Virus record (IMG/VR): IMGVR_UViG_3300036851_000098
Span: 1 to 64,000 of that record
Reading direction: 5' to 3' (one strand)
Length of the DNA: 64,000 nt
Origin: a virus
In this document: positions 16,436-27,141 of the stretch, piece after piece
How the letters are laid out: the number at the start of each line of letters is the position of its first letter
Position numbering within the stretch: the stretch's first letter is position 1
Position numbers and translations under genes: made by a program
The notes under the pieces: generated by a model
What the model saw: only the letters and a program-made list of their open reading frames with translations
Told to the model about the DNA's origin: nothing
Database searches by the model: none

Positions 16436-17376
16436 GATTCGTACCAACCGCGATCAGTCGAAAGGTCGCTTCGCAAGCATTGCTTACCAAGAAGAACTCG
16501 CCGACGATCCTGTTCGGCGTGGGCGTCGTCAGCATGGTGGGCTCCACAGTCCTCGCATGCCGTGCGACTCTTAAAATGGAGGAGGCCCTCGACAAGATCG
16601 AGGACGACAAGAATCAGGCCGTGAAGACGAAGGAACTGGTCGACTCAGGTCAGATGAATTCAGATGTCACATATTCGGACAAGGAGCACAAGCGGGACCT
16701 CGCCATCATCAGCGTGCGTGGTGTTGGGAGTATTGCCAAGCTGTATGCGCCGTCGGTTATTCTTGGCGGTGTTGGCATTGTCTGTCTGACCAAGTCGCAT
16801 TCAATCCTTATGGAGCGTAATACGGCATTGACGGCAGCTTACATTACCATCGACAAGGCATTCTCGGCATACCGAGAGCGAGTGGTCGATCGCTACGGCG
16901 AGGACGTGGATCGCGAGCTTCGTTACGGCTCAGAGGAGATCGACGACATCGACGAGGAGACCGGTAAGGTCAAGACGTTGACTGTGGCGGCTTCTGGAGA
17001 GGTCTCGGGCTATGCCCGGTGGTTCGACGACACGAACGCCAACTGGAACGGCCCGGATTTCGATCGACACAACTGGCTATTTCTGCGTAATCAGCAGAAC
17101 TGGGCCAACGACATGCTTCGAGCTCGGGGGCATTTGTTTCTGAACGAGGTCTACTCGATGTTGGGGCTAACTCATACCTCAGCCGGAGCCATTGTGGGCT
17201 GGGTCTACAAGCGAGAGAACGAAGTCGGAGATAACTTCGTCGACTTTGGCTGCTGGGATCAAGAGAGCGGCCAGCCCAACGAGTTCTACAACGGCCGAGA
17301 GGGGATCCTACTCGACTTCAATGTCGACGGCCCCATTTGGGCACTTATCGATGACAGTGTTGCGAGGAACTCATGA
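16432..17376 (+). CDS. Conserved phage protein (DUF6353-like), paralog 2
   Basis: KKNSPTIL..VG...TVLACRAT, GHLFLNEVY..LG, VGW, LLDFNVDG. Confidence 0.75.
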   Translation: MRFVPTAISRKVASQALLTKKNSPTILFGVGVVSMVGSTVLACRATLKMEEALDKIEDDKNQAVKTKELVDSGQMNSDVTYSDKEHKRDLAIISVRGVGSIAKLYAPSVILGGVGIVCLTKSHSILMERNTALTAAYITIDKAFSAYRERVVDRYGEDVDRELRYGSEEIDDIDEETGKVKTLTVAASGEVSGYARWFDDTNANWNGPDFDRHNWLFLRNQQNWANDMLRARGHLFLNEVYSMLGLTHTSAGAIVGWVYKRENEVGDNFVDFGCWDQESGQPNEFYNGREGILLDFNVDGPIWALIDDSVARNS

Positions 17377-18338
17377 ACAACTCTATTTCAGAGAAGTTCC
17401 AGGAGCTCTCAGAGCATATTCTCCCGCATGTCAAGACCGCGGCAAAGGACCAGGTCATCGAGGTTCTGAACGAAGCTTCGATCGAGGCTTTGGCTGAATC
17501 TGCCGCTCAGAAGGATGCTATGGTTCGGATTACCGAGTCCATGAGCAAAATCAAGGTCCAGTTCGGTCTTCTCGGAATCGCAATGGGTGCGACCGCTGGA
17601 GGAATGGCTGCTTTCGCCATCGCATACCGCAAGGCGGAGACAAAGTACTCCAAGATCGCCGATGAAGAGATCGAGGAGATGCGCGAGCACTACCAGGCGA
17701 AGAGTCTGGCGCTGGAAGCCGACAAAGGTAAGGGCGACCTTGAGGAGATCGTCAAGGAGAGGGGATATTCTTCTCCCGAATCCCAGAGTGTCCCTCAGCC
17801 AATGGCAATTCAGCCTCCGTTGAAGGTGGTGGAGGAGGCCGCAGAAGCAGTCGAAGGATCAGTAGATCTGGATGCTCCTGAGAACGCCTCTATCAAGGCG
17901 CAGGTCGGTGAGCCTGAACCTAGAAACATATTCCAGCAGGCTGAGACCACTCACGAGTGGGACTGGGAAGCTGAGCGACGGAGTCGACGGCCGAATAAGC
18001 CGTATGTCGTGCATGCCGACGAGCGCCATGAGATCGAGGAGTACCACGATGTCAGCCTGACGTACTACGAGGTAGACGACGTTCTGTGTGACGATCGAGA
18101 CGAAATCGTCGATCCGGCCGATCGTGACGAACTCATCGGAGAAGCGAACTTGGAGCGGTTTGGCCATGGTTCGGGCGATGCGTCTGTCGTCTATATTCGG
18201 AACGACAAACTTGAGATCCTCTACGAGGTGATCAAATCGCCGAATTCCTTTGCGGAGGAAGTGCACGGAATCAAGCACGAGTCCTATGACCGAGGAAACC
18301 TTAGGCGCATGCGAATGAGGGAGATGGATGACGAATGA
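17373..18338 (+). CDS. Conserved phage protein with TM
   Basis: LTYY..DDVL.D...FG.GSGD..VVYIRN. Confidence 0.65.
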   Translation: MNNSISEKFQELSEHILPHVKTAAKDQVIEVLNEASIEALAESAAQKDAMVRITESMSKIKVQFGLLGIAMGATAGGMAAFAIAYRKAETKYSKIADEEIEEMREHYQAKSLALEADKGKGDLEEIVKERGYSSPESQSVPQPMAIQPPLKVVEEAAEAVEGSVDLDAPENASIKAQVGEPEPRNIFQQAETTHEWDWEAERRSRRPNKPYVVHADERHEIEEYHDVSLTYYEVDDVLCDDRDEIVDPADRDELIGEANLERFGHGSGDASVVYIRNDKLEILYEVIKSPNSFAEEVHGIKHESYDRGNLRRMRMREMDDE

Positions 18339-18870
18339 CCAACTTAGAGAAGACTATCTAGGCTGGTTAGCGCCTCAACTCGGAATCGAGAACGGTAATC
18401 CGGGCAAGACCTATAATGAACTTCTCATTGCAATGTTCGAGAAGGAATTTGGTTGGGTTTTGCCCATGGATGAGAATCGAATGGTGGATGGCACTGACTT
18501 GCGAGTGGAGTATGCCCGCAAGCATCATATTCGCCCAAACACCTTGGAATTCCTTGGCGGGTGTTCGTTTCTTGAGGTTTTGATAGGACTTTCTCGTCGT
18601 CTGTCTTTTGCCGCAGGGGAGGATGCTCCAGGGTGGGCCTGGCAGCTTATTTGTAATCTCGAACTGCACAAGATGCCAGATCCACTCACGCGGCACAAGT
18701 ACCGAAAGGTGCAAGAAATCATGGATGGTGTAATTGGTAGGACGTATGCACCCGATGGCACCGGTGGGTTTTTTCCTCTGGCTTGGCCGGATGATGATCA
18801 AACCACAGTCGAACTCTGGTATCAGATGCATTCGTTTGTCGAAGAATTACATCCGGAGCATCGAAGATGA
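18328..18870 (+). CDS. Conserved phage protein
   Basis: D.NR..DG..LR...CSFLE.LI.L..R...G.GGFFPL...ELWYQM. Confidence 0.7.
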   Translation: MTNDQLREDYLGWLAPQLGIENGNPGKTYNELLIAMFEKEFGWVLPMDENRMVDGTDLRVEYARKHHIRPNTLEFLGGCSFLEVLIGLSRRLSFAAGEDAPGWAWQLICNLELHKMPDPLTRHKYRKVQEIMDGVIGRTYAPDGTGGFFPLAWPDDDQTTVELWYQMHSFVEELHPEHRR

Positions 18871-19347
18871 CCAATATAGAGGTAGGGATCAAGAAGGAGA
18901 GTTCACACAAGAGGCCGAAAGAAGTTGCTCATGATGAATCACCGGCCGTAGTCAGTAGTCACGCTTTCGAACCCATCGCAGAATGGTGGTCGAGGTGTAA
19001 GCATTGCTCTCTATATGAAGCTGCTCACGCTGAGACCACTCTGCATCATCCGGTTGGGTACGTTTCCGACGATATGCAAGCCGAGGAGTAGTAGTGGAAG
19101 AGAGTAGCACTGAGCGATTTCTTCGTTTGATGAATGAACAAAACATCGCAATCGCTGCCCAGGATGCTCAGAAAATCAGCAATCGATCTACGCCAGACCC
19201 AGTCCGACTACAAAGAGACCAGGAACGTCGAGAAAAATATGGCGAATTGCGAGCTCGTGAGCATCCTGGTAAACGCCCAAAGCAAGCGCACAGCATATTT
19301 CCTTATATAGATCTTTCGAAGGACTAGATTAGGAGAGAGGAGGTTTA

Positions 19348-22300
19348 GTGGATTTCTATCAGATCCTTGCACGCGAAACAAAGGACAAGAACGATCCGAG
19401 GTTGGAGTTGTACCCTGACTTCGTGGTCGGGCGCTCTGAGGATCTGATGGTCCAAGGCGGTAAGTTCTACGCCATTTGGGATGAAGAGAAGGGCCTATGG
19501 TCTCGCGATGAATATGACGTTCAGCGTCTTGTCGATGAGGATCTTCGGCAAACGAGAGAGCGGTTGGAACAGGATACAGGCCAGAAGTACACCGTGAAGT
19601 TCATGCGGTCATTCCACTCGAACATCTGGGCGCAGTTCCGGAAGTTCATGGCACATATTTCGGATAACAGCAAGCCCTTGGACCGAAAGTTGGTGTTCGC
19701 CAACACGGAAGTGAAGAAGAAGGACTACGCTAGCAAGAAGCTTCCCTATGACATCGGTGAAGGTGATATTTCCGCATGGGAAGAACTGACATCAACTCTG
19801 TATTCTCCAGACGAACGAGCGAAGATCGAGTGGGCGATCGGGTCAATTGTTGCCGGGGATTCAAAGAAGATCCAGAAGTTCCTGGTGTTCTACGGACCTC
19901 CAGGTACCGGGAAGTCAACGATCTTAAATATCATTCAGCAACTGTTCGAGGGGTATACGACTTCCTTCGATGGGAAGGCCCTTGGGTCATCTAGCTCTCA
20001 GTTCGCTACTGAGGCATTCAAATATAACCCTCTGGTGGCTATTCAGCATGACGGCGATCTTAGTCGTATCGAGGACAATGCGCGGCTGAACTCTATTGTC
20101 GCTCACGAAGAAATGACGATGAACGAGAAGTATAAGCCTTCATATTCTTCAAGAATCGATGCCATGCTGTTCCTCGGATCGAATCAGCCGGTGAGAATCT
20201 CCGATGCCAAGTCGGGTATTATTCGTCGACTGATCGATATTCATCCGACAGGAATCAAGTTCGCGCCAAAGCGCTACCAAACGCTTATGACTCAGATCGG
20301 CTTTGAGCTTGGCGCCATAGCGCATCATTGTCATCAAGTATATTTGACGATGGGCAAGAACTTCTATAACGGTTATCGCCCGTTGGAGATGATGTTGCAG
20401 ACCGATGTCTTCTTCAACTTCATCGAAGCTTACTTCGATGTGTTCAAGAAGCAGAATTACACCACACTCAAGCAGGCTTACACGATGTATCGTGAGTACT
20501 GCGCTGAGAGCGGAATCGAGCGGCCCATGCCTCAGTACAAGATGCGTGAGGAACTGCGCAACTACTTTGATGAGTTCAAGGATAGAGGTGAGATCGATGG
20601 GGAAGCAGTTCGAAGCCTATATATGGGCTTCACGGCCGAGAAGTTCAAGACTCCTACGGATGATCCGACGCAGTTTTCGCTCGTCCTTGAAGAGAAGACG
20701 TCTCTGCTGGATGAGCTCCTCGCACGATTTCCCGCTCAGCTAGCAAACGCTGATGGGATGCCTACCAAACGGTGGGCAAATGTGACGACAACTCTTTCAG
20801 ATATTGATTCGCGAAAAATTCACTACGTGAAAGTTCCTGAAAAACACGTGGTTATCGACTTCGATCTGAAGGACCAAAATGGCCATAAAGCTCTGGAAAG
20901 AAACCTGGAAGCGGCATCTCACTGGCCTGCTACTTATGCAGAGATCAGCAAGTCCGGCTCAGGAATCCATCTTCATTACAACTACACCGGAGGCGATGTC
21001 TCAGATCTCAGGCGTGATTACGCTGATGGGATCGAAGTTAAGGTTTATACTGGTGACGCCTCTCTCCGTCGACGACTTACTCGCTGTAATAACGTGGGAG
21101 TGGCCGAAATCTCCAGCGGGCTTCCGCTAAAAGACAAGAGGGAGCCGATGCTAAAGACAAAAACTATGCAGAGCGAACAAGGGCTCCGAGATTTGATTCA
21201 GCGGAATCTTCGTAAGGAGATTCATCCTGGAACCAAGCCTTCGGTGGACTTCATCAAGAAGGTCCTCGATGATGCTTACGAGTCAGGTATTCAGTATGAC
21301 GTGACCGATCTTCGTAGTCGTATTGTCGCTTTCGCCAACAACTCCTCCAATCAGGCGCAGGCGTGTCTGAAGACGGTCAACGAGATGCGATGGAAGTCAG
21401 AAGAAGCTGGAGAAACCAAGGAGGAAGCCTTCACTTCCGACCATAATGTTGACGTAAAAGACGATCGCATTGCGTTCTTCGACGTAGAAGTCTATGAGAA
21501 CCTCTTCGTGATCTGCTGGAAATTCCAGGGATCTGATGAAGTGGTGAAGATGGTCAACCCAAAGGCCCATGAGGTCGCGGAGTTGTTCAGTCTCAAGCTG
21601 GTTGGTTTCTACAACCGTCGATACGACAATCATATTCTTTACGCAGCAGCTATGGGAGCCAGTAACGCGGAGCTCTTCACGTTGTCAAAGAAGTTGGTTA
21701 TTGATAACAACCGATCAGTGTCGTTTGCTCAGGCGTACAATCTCTCATACGCTGATATTTGGGAGTTCTCGTCTGAGAAGAAGTCTCTGAAGAAGTTCGA
21801 GATTGACCTGGGGATCCTGCACATGGAGCTGGATATTCCTTGGGATCAGCCTGTTGACGAGAAGGATTGGCCCAGAGTTGTGGCATACTGTGAAAACGAC
21901 GTGCGCGCAACCGAAGCCGTGTTTGAGGATCGTAAGGGGGACTTCACAGCGCGGCTAATTCTAGCTGAGTTGTCTGGTTTGACCCCCAACGATACTACGC
22001 AAAACCATACCGCCAAGATCATATTTGGCGACAAGGTGAAGACAGCCAACAAAGACTTCGTCTACACCGATCTCTCGAAGGAGTTCCCCGGGTACAAGTT
22101 CGAGCTCGGAAAGAGCTATTACAAGGGGGAAGAGCCTGGCGAAGGTGGCTATGTGTATGCCGAGCCGGGTATGTATTCAAATGTCGCCGTCTTGGATGTT
22201 GCATCGATGCATCCGATGTCGATCATCAAGCTGAACGCATTCGGTCCTTATACGCAGAAGTTCGAAGACTTGATCAAAGCTCGCATCGCGATCAAACGTA

Positions 22301-23205
22301 AAGATTTTGAGGCTGCCTCCTACATGATGGATGGGCGCCTGAAGCCGTTCCTCCTAAACGAGGACGAAAGCTATGACGTAGAGGGAGCTGACAAGCTTGC
22401 CTACGCACTCAAGATCGTGATCAATATTGTTTACGGTCTCACTTCTGCCAAGTTCGATAATCCGTTCCGCGATATTCGCAACGTCGACAACATCGTCGCC
22501 AAACGCGGCGCCTTATTCATGATCGATCTCAAGCACGCCTTGCAAGAGAAGGGCGTCTCGGTTGTGCACATCAAGACGGACTCTGTCAAGATCCCGGATA
22601 CTACTCCGGATATCATCAAATTTGTCACAGAGTTCGGTGCCAAGTACGGGTATGACTTCGAGCACGAAGAGACATATGACCGATTCTGCCTGGTCAACGA
22701 TGCGGTCTACGTGGCTGGGATTCAGGCAGTGCCTTGGGAAGAGAACTTCCCGAAGTATAAGTGGACTGCTGTTGGTGCACAGTTCCAGCACCCTTACGTC
22801 TTCAAGACGTTGTTCTCAGAAGAAGATATTTCGTTTGAGGATTATCGAGAGGGTCGTTCTGTCGTCAAGGGAGCGATGTATCTCGATAAAGCGGAAATGG
22901 AAGAGCCTGACTACACCAAGATGCGCCATATTGGCAAGACTGGCCTGTTCGTTCCAGTTCTGTCTGGTGGCGGAAAGCTTTACCGCGTCAACAAAGATAC
23001 AGATGCCGAAGGTCACGATATCGAAAAATACTACGCGGTGAGCGGTACTAAGGGCCATCTCTGGATGGATGCCGATGAAGCAAGCGAAGCCAACGAGAAG
23101 GGCAATCTCGAAATTGACATGTCATATTTCGAGAAATTGAAAGATGACGCCGTCAAGACGATCGAGAAGTTCGGTAACTTCGACGAATTCATAGGGAGGA
23201 AGTGA
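19348..23205 (+). CDS. Fused SF3 helicase / primase / 3'-5' exonuclease / family B-like DNA polymerase
   Basis: GPPGTGKST Walker A; VIDFD..SKSGSGIHLHY prim-pol motifs; FFDVE and YN..YD exonuclease motifs; DVASMHP, K..IN..YG and HIKTDS polymerase motifs. Confidence 0.85.
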   Translation: MDFYQILARETKDKNDPRLELYPDFVVGRSEDLMVQGGKFYAIWDEEKGLWSRDEYDVQRLVDEDLRQTRERLEQDTGQKYTVKFMRSFHSNIWAQFRKFMAHISDNSKPLDRKLVFANTEVKKKDYASKKLPYDIGEGDISAWEELTSTLYSPDERAKIEWAIGSIVAGDSKKIQKFLVFYGPPGTGKSTILNIIQQLFEGYTTSFDGKALGSSSSQFATEAFKYNPLVAIQHDGDLSRIEDNARLNSIVAHEEMTMNEKYKPSYSSRIDAMLFLGSNQPVRISDAKSGIIRRLIDIHPTGIKFAPKRYQTLMTQIGFELGAIAHHCHQVYLTMGKNFYNGYRPLEMMLQTDVFFNFIEAYFDVFKKQNYTTLKQAYTMYREYCAESGIERPMPQYKMREELRNYFDEFKDRGEIDGEAVRSLYMGFTAEKFKTPTDDPTQFSLVLEEKTSLLDELLARFPAQLANADGMPTKRWANVTTTLSDIDSRKIHYVKVPEKHVVIDFDLKDQNGHKALERNLEAASHWPATYAEISKSGSGIHLHYNYTGGDVSDLRRDYADGIEVKVYTGDASLRRRLTRCNNVGVAEISSGLPLKDKREPMLKTKTMQSEQGLRDLIQRNLRKEIHPGTKPSVDFIKKVLDDAYESGIQYDVTDLRSRIVAFANNSSNQAQACLKTVNEMRWKSEEAGETKEEAFTSDHNVDVKDDRIAFFDVEVYENLFVICWKFQGSDEVVKMVNPKAHEVAELFSLKLVGFYNRRYDNHILYAAAMGASNAELFTLSKKLVIDNNRSVSFAQAYNLSYADIWEFSSEKKSLKKFEIDLGILHMELDIPWDQPVDEKDWPRVVAYCENDVRATEAVFEDRKGDFTARLILAELSGLTPNDTTQNHTAKIIFGDKVKTANKDFVYTDLSKEFPGYKFELGKSYYKGEEPGEGGYVYAEPGMYSNVAVLDVASMHPMSIIKLNAFGPYTQKFEDLIKARIAIKRKDFEAASYMMDGRLKPFLLNEDESYDVEGADKLAYALKIVINIVYGLTSAKFDNPFRDIRNVDNIVAKRGALFMIDLKHALQEKGVSVVHIKTDSVKIPDTTPDIIKFVTEFGAKYGYDFEHEETYDRFCLVNDAVYVAGIQAVPWEENFPKYKWTAVGAQFQHPYVFKTLFSEEDISFEDYREGRSVVKGAMYLDKAEMEEPDYTKMRHIGKTGLFVPVLSGGGKLYRVNKDTDAEGHDIEKYYAVSGTKGHLWMDADEASEANEKGNLEIDMSYFEKLKDDAVKTIEKFGNFDEFIGRK

Positions 23206-23531
23206 TGAGGGAAGAACTACAAGAAAAGCTAGTGCTAGGTGGGTTTGTGTTGATTGGGCTTGCCCAACTGGCACTCCACCCTCGAAAGACATACAACCTA
23301 GTCGTCCATAAAGTCGGCTGGCACAACTGATGGGAATCAACAACATAGGATTTCTTATCTCGGACGGCGACATTCACATTACGCTGCACCCTCCTGAGAG
23401 TTCGAGGATTATTCAAGCTCAAGCTGCATACGCACAAACTCTGATCGAAGCTCATCGCCGCGGAGAACATCCGTGGGGAAACATGCGACGAGATTGTCCG
23501 TTGTGCCAGCTGAATAAATAGAAAGGAAATT

Positions 23532-23792
23532 TTGTCCCGACATATTATCGAGCAGGGGGAGAAGAAATACGTGTTCGGCTGGGATCAGTCGCTCATGAGC
23601 TTCTATCTTCAAATTCATGATCTACTCAAAGAGCCAGATCATGAGGATCGAATTCCTGTTTGGTTGGGGGCTACAGTAAATACTCGCATGTACGAAGTTG
23701 AGGAGCTTGTACATGCAGCTCAGAAGTATGGGCTACATATTGATCATCAAACGCAGGTCAAACTCTACGGAGAAAAAGATGATGGAGTCTAG
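23532..23792 (+). CDS. Hypothetical protein
   Basis: TTG after AAAGGA; GWDQSL.SFYLQI. Confidence 0.55.
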   Translation: MSRHIIEQGEKKYVFGWDQSLMSFYLQIHDLLKEPDHEDRIPVWLGATVNTRMYEVEELVHAAQKYGLHIDHQTQVKLYGEKDDGV

Positions 23793-24075
23793 AATAGAAG
23801 CATCTGCTGAGGAGAGGCAAAAAGTTCTTCTTAACATGCTAAACACTCTAGGCTCTTTGACAGTTCAGAAAGCATGGGAAGTTGGACATAGTGCAGGGTT
23901 CTACATCGGTGGCGATGTAGGTCTTGTCAAGGACGATCTAAAGGCGCTCAGTAATCAACGACTGGCTCGTCGACATGATGGGTTTTGGCGCCACATCAAT
24001 GAGCCGGATCGTATTCGGCGAAAGTATAAGCGGTGGGCTGATTACTGGACCCCGCTTGGGAAAGGAGTTAAGTGA
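23782..24075 (+). CDS. Hypothetical protein
   Basis: Overlapping start, 97 aa. Confidence 0.5.
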   Translation: MESRIEASAEERQKVLLNMLNTLGSLTVQKAWEVGHSAGFYIGGDVGLVKDDLKALSNQRLARRHDGFWRHINEPDRIRRKYKRWADYWTPLGKGVK

Positions 24076-24548
24076 AGTATAGAAAGAAGCCACCTGTCGT
24101 CGAAGCCACTCAGTGGTGGAGAAACGGCGATCATCCCCAAGACAAGTCAAAGTCGGTAGACACCGCTGGTGGAGGAACTACTCTCACCGAAGGTAAGGTC
24201 GTCCGATATTTCCGCCGACTCAACGTTCCTGGGAATCGATTCTGTCAGGAATGTGGGCAGATTATGCAGCGGCACGGTCTCCTTAACGGACTGAACGGAG
24301 AAGAGGTCATCTGCCCTGGTGACTATATCGTCACCAACAAGCAGGGGCTTCTCTACCGAATGAGGTCCGTCGACTTCGAGGCTCAGTACGAGCCGTACGA
24401 TACGGTCGCTCATCCGTCGCCCAAGATGGATAAGCCCGAGCCGGTCTTGGCGGATGAGGAACAAGGGAAGAACCCTCCGAAGGAGGATAAATCCCCTCCC
24501 AAGAAGCCTGAGCCAATCACAGTCGATCCTGGCAAAGTAAGTTCGTGA
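24072..24548 (+). CDS. PGDYG-like phage protein with zinc-finger insert
   Basis: KYRKKP.VVEA...CPGDYIV...Y....DFE..YE; CQEC..H insert. Confidence 0.65.
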   Translation: MKYRKKPPVVEATQWWRNGDHPQDKSKSVDTAGGGTTLTEGKVVRYFRRLNVPGNRFCQECGQIMQRHGLLNGLNGEEVICPGDYIVTNKQGLLYRMRSVDFEAQYEPYDTVAHPSPKMDKPEPVLADEEQGKNPPKEDKSPPKKPEPITVDPGKVSS

Positions 24549-24756
24549 GGATTAACCAAGATACTCTGCGTCGAGATACGGTGGTATTGATAACCGAGAT
24601 CGACAAGCAGATCGAAGAAGCTAAGTCAGCTATGAGAGCCTCTACGTCGACTACGTTGACGCGCAACTTCTCAGCTGATTCCACGTATGCCACGTTGCTT
24701 GGAGCCAAGGCAACGGCATACAACACACTCGTACTCCTCCAAACCAAGAGATAAAG

Positions 24757-24978
24757 ATGGATGAGTACCCCATATTCACCAAGGAAGCGTTGAAGGATCA
24801 AGATGGTAAAAAGGTCCCTCTGACCAAGTACCCAGGGGGACCGGTCATCGGCGAATGCACTCTGAAGTACAACGAAGCTGAGAAACGGTTGGACCTTGTT
24901 GAAGCCAGCATCACAGACGAGGCGTATCTCAAGTTGCTCAGCAATCCATCCGTGCCCATATCTAAGAAGGAGAGGTAA
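24757..24978 (+). CDS. Hypothetical protein
   Basis: 73 aa in operon context. Confidence 0.5.
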   Translation: MDEYPIFTKEALKDQDGKKVPLTKYPGGPVIGECTLKYNEAEKRLDLVEASITDEAYLKLLSNPSVPISKKER

Positions 24979-25466
24979 TGTCACGTGTAGAAGAGCCAGT
25001 TGTGATGGAGAATGTGAGGATCATTTTCCGTAACTTCGAAGGCAAGGAAGGCCCGTTCAACAAGCCGGGAGAGCGAAACTTCGGCGTGGTCCTTCCGCCT
25101 GACGTCGCCGAAGCCATGGCGCGCGACGGATGGAACGTCAAATATCTCGACCCGAGAGACGAAGACGAGATCGACCCCAATGATCCGTTGGAGGGCCGGA
25201 CCCCATGGCTATCGGTGAAGGTCGCCTACGACAAGGGACGTCCGCCGAAGATCATGCTGATCACGTCTCGTGGAAAGACGGCGCTGGACGAGGCCACGGT
25301 CAAGGAGCTCGATTGGGCCGACATCACTAACGTCGATCTGATCGTCAGTCCGTTTAACTGGGAAATCAACCAGAAGGCGGGAGTCGCGGCCTACTGCAAG
25401 TCGATGTTTGTCACGATCGAGGAGGACGAACTCGAGCGCAAGTACGCAGAGATGGACGGGCAGTAA
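24978..25466 (+). CDS. ssb: Single-stranded DNA-binding protein
   Basis: RIIFRNFEG....N..G.RNF.V...GWNVK...VDL...W.....G..AY.K, the SSB family of these phages. Confidence 0.7.
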   Translation: MSRVEEPVVMENVRIIFRNFEGKEGPFNKPGERNFGVVLPPDVAEAMARDGWNVKYLDPRDEDEIDPNDPLEGRTPWLSVKVAYDKGRPPKIMLITSRGKTALDEATVKELDWADITNVDLIVSPFNWEINQKAGVAAYCKSMFVTIEEDELERKYAEMDGQ

Positions 25467-25676
25467 TGGTTCGACAGTGGAACTGGGAACTGATCGGAGT
25501 TCTCTTCGCGCTGGCATGCTTCTGGGTCTTTGTGATCTGGAGCTTGATGGAGATCTTCTAACGTGATCACCGGCGCCATCATCATGCTTGTGGGGATCCT
25601 CGTTGGATGGGCCCTGAAATCTTCTACCACTTCTGACACGTAAATCCGTAAAATACGGAAGGACACTGCCGTACAT

Positions 25677-26084
25677 ATGACAGCTGTTACCACAACTCGA
25701 TACATCAGGAAGCCACTCTACGTCGATGCTGTGAGGGTGACCAAGCAGAACTTCGACGCGATTGCGGAGTGGTGCCAGGGTGAGATCCTGGAGGAGGATG
25801 ACAGGAACCAGCAGGAACAGAAGTTCATCCGGGTCCGTGTCCACAATCCGAAGAACACGCGTCAGACGCAGGCGTTCGTCGGAGACTGGATCCTCTATAC
25901 CGAGCGCGGCTACAAGGTCTACACGAACAAGGCCTTCCGAGGTTCGTTTGACCTGGTGGAAGTGGAGGATCCGGACCTGGACCTCGACGAGGAGCTCTCA
26001 GAGGAGGAAGAGGCGACCTTTCAGAACGGCACTAAGCTAGAGGAGAAGACCTTTTCGGAACCCGCCGATGAGAAGGTGGCGTAG
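25677..26084 (+). CDS. PGDYG-like protein (second copy) with acidic tail
   Basis: Y.RKP..VDAV.VT..NF..IAEWC...AFVGDWIL....YKVY...F. Confidence 0.6.
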   Translation: MTAVTTTRYIRKPLYVDAVRVTKQNFDAIAEWCQGEILEEDDRNQQEQKFIRVRVHNPKNTRQTQAFVGDWILYTERGYKVYTNKAFRGSFDLVEVEDPDLDLDEELSEEEEATFQNGTKLEEKTFSEPADEKVA

Positions 26085-26086
26085 TC

Positions 26087-26437
26087 ATGTCGACAACACC
26101 GGATATTTTCGGGGATAACCGGCAAGACATCGCACCGCCGGAGCGTTCGCTCAAGCAACGTATGGAGGCGTTGCATACCGCCAATCGAATCCGTTCCGCA
26201 CGAGCGAAGTTGAAGCTCGATCTGAAAGCGGGACGTGAGCGCGTTCACGATATTCTTCTGGAACCGCCGGAGTATATCGAGACGATGAAGGCTTTCGACC
26301 TATTGTTGGCCACACCGAAGTACGGACGAGTCAAGACAAATCGACTCTTGGCTCAGTGCCGGATGTCTCCCTCGAAGACGATCGGTGGAATGAGCGAACG
26401 TCAGCGGAACGAACTCGTCTCAATGCTGAGACGATAG
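26087..26437 (+). CDS. mihF: Actinobacterial integration host factor (mIHF/sIHF)
   Basis: QR..AL..AN..R..RAKLK.DLKAG...MK..DLL...PKYG.VK...LL....S.SK.IGG.SERQR. Confidence 0.85.
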   Translation: MSTTPDIFGDNRQDIAPPERSLKQRMEALHTANRIRSARAKLKLDLKAGRERVHDILLEPPEYIETMKAFDLLLATPKYGRVKTNRLLAQCRMSPSKTIGGMSERQRNELVSMLRR

Positions 26438-26458
26438 CAGCTATATCTGGTCGACAGC

Positions 26459-26940
26459 CGGTGACGATCTAGGGAATAGGTAGCCACGCATTCAAATAAG
26501 TCGTGAGGGTAGAACAATACGCATCGCTTTAACGGATAAGTGATCTTAAGTTATTGCGACTCGTGTCCCTCGTTGTGTAAATCCTATTAGGGCTGTGGAA
26601 GCGGGTAGATCACAAAACCCCCTTCGCCCTAGATGACCGATAAAATAGAGGTCCGGGGGTGATAAACCACACCGGTATAAGTCGATTTCTGAGGTCGATC
26701 GAAAGGGTGAGTCCTAGGCCACCTTACCTCTATAAACGTGATGGGACACGCCCATCGCCGTAAGTCCTGCAACGCGTGGAGGCAAATGCCTGCGAAGCTC
26801 GTGTCAGTCAGGTAAATCGGCAACACGTGAGGTTCGCCGCTCACGTCAATAGAGCACCCGTTGTGGTGGACTCGAGTTAAACCCGGGGTAGTGACCTGGT
26901 ACCAGGGGGAGATCGGCGCCCCCTGGTCATTACATATTCC
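26459..26940 (+). ncRNA. Large structured non-coding region
   Basis: ATCTAGGG/CCCTAGAT, AATAGG/CCTATT, ATAGAGG/CCTCTAT, GATGGG/CCCATC, ACGTGAG/CTCACGT, ACCAGGGGG/CCCCCTGGT. Confidence 0.6.
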
Positions 26941-26961
26941 CCCCGGAAAGGAGGTGACAGC

Positions 26962-27141
26962 ATGGGGAGAAAGTGGGCAAAGGTTGGTTTGACTTCCGAC
27001 GGAACGCTGTACATCTCTGAGGAAGTTCGTCCGGGAGATGCGATGCGTCTCGAGAAGGCGATGACCAACCCCGAGAAGAAGGAACAGCTCGAGAAGCGTA
27101 TGGACGATCTGATCGTCGCTCTCGGGGCGAAGTGGGGATAA
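26962..27141 (+). CDS. 59-aa hypothetical protein
   Basis: Strong RBS AAAGGAGGTG. Confidence 0.65.
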   Translation: MGRKWAKVGLTSDGTLYISEEVRPGDAMRLEKAMTNPEKKEQLEKRMDDLIVALGAKWG

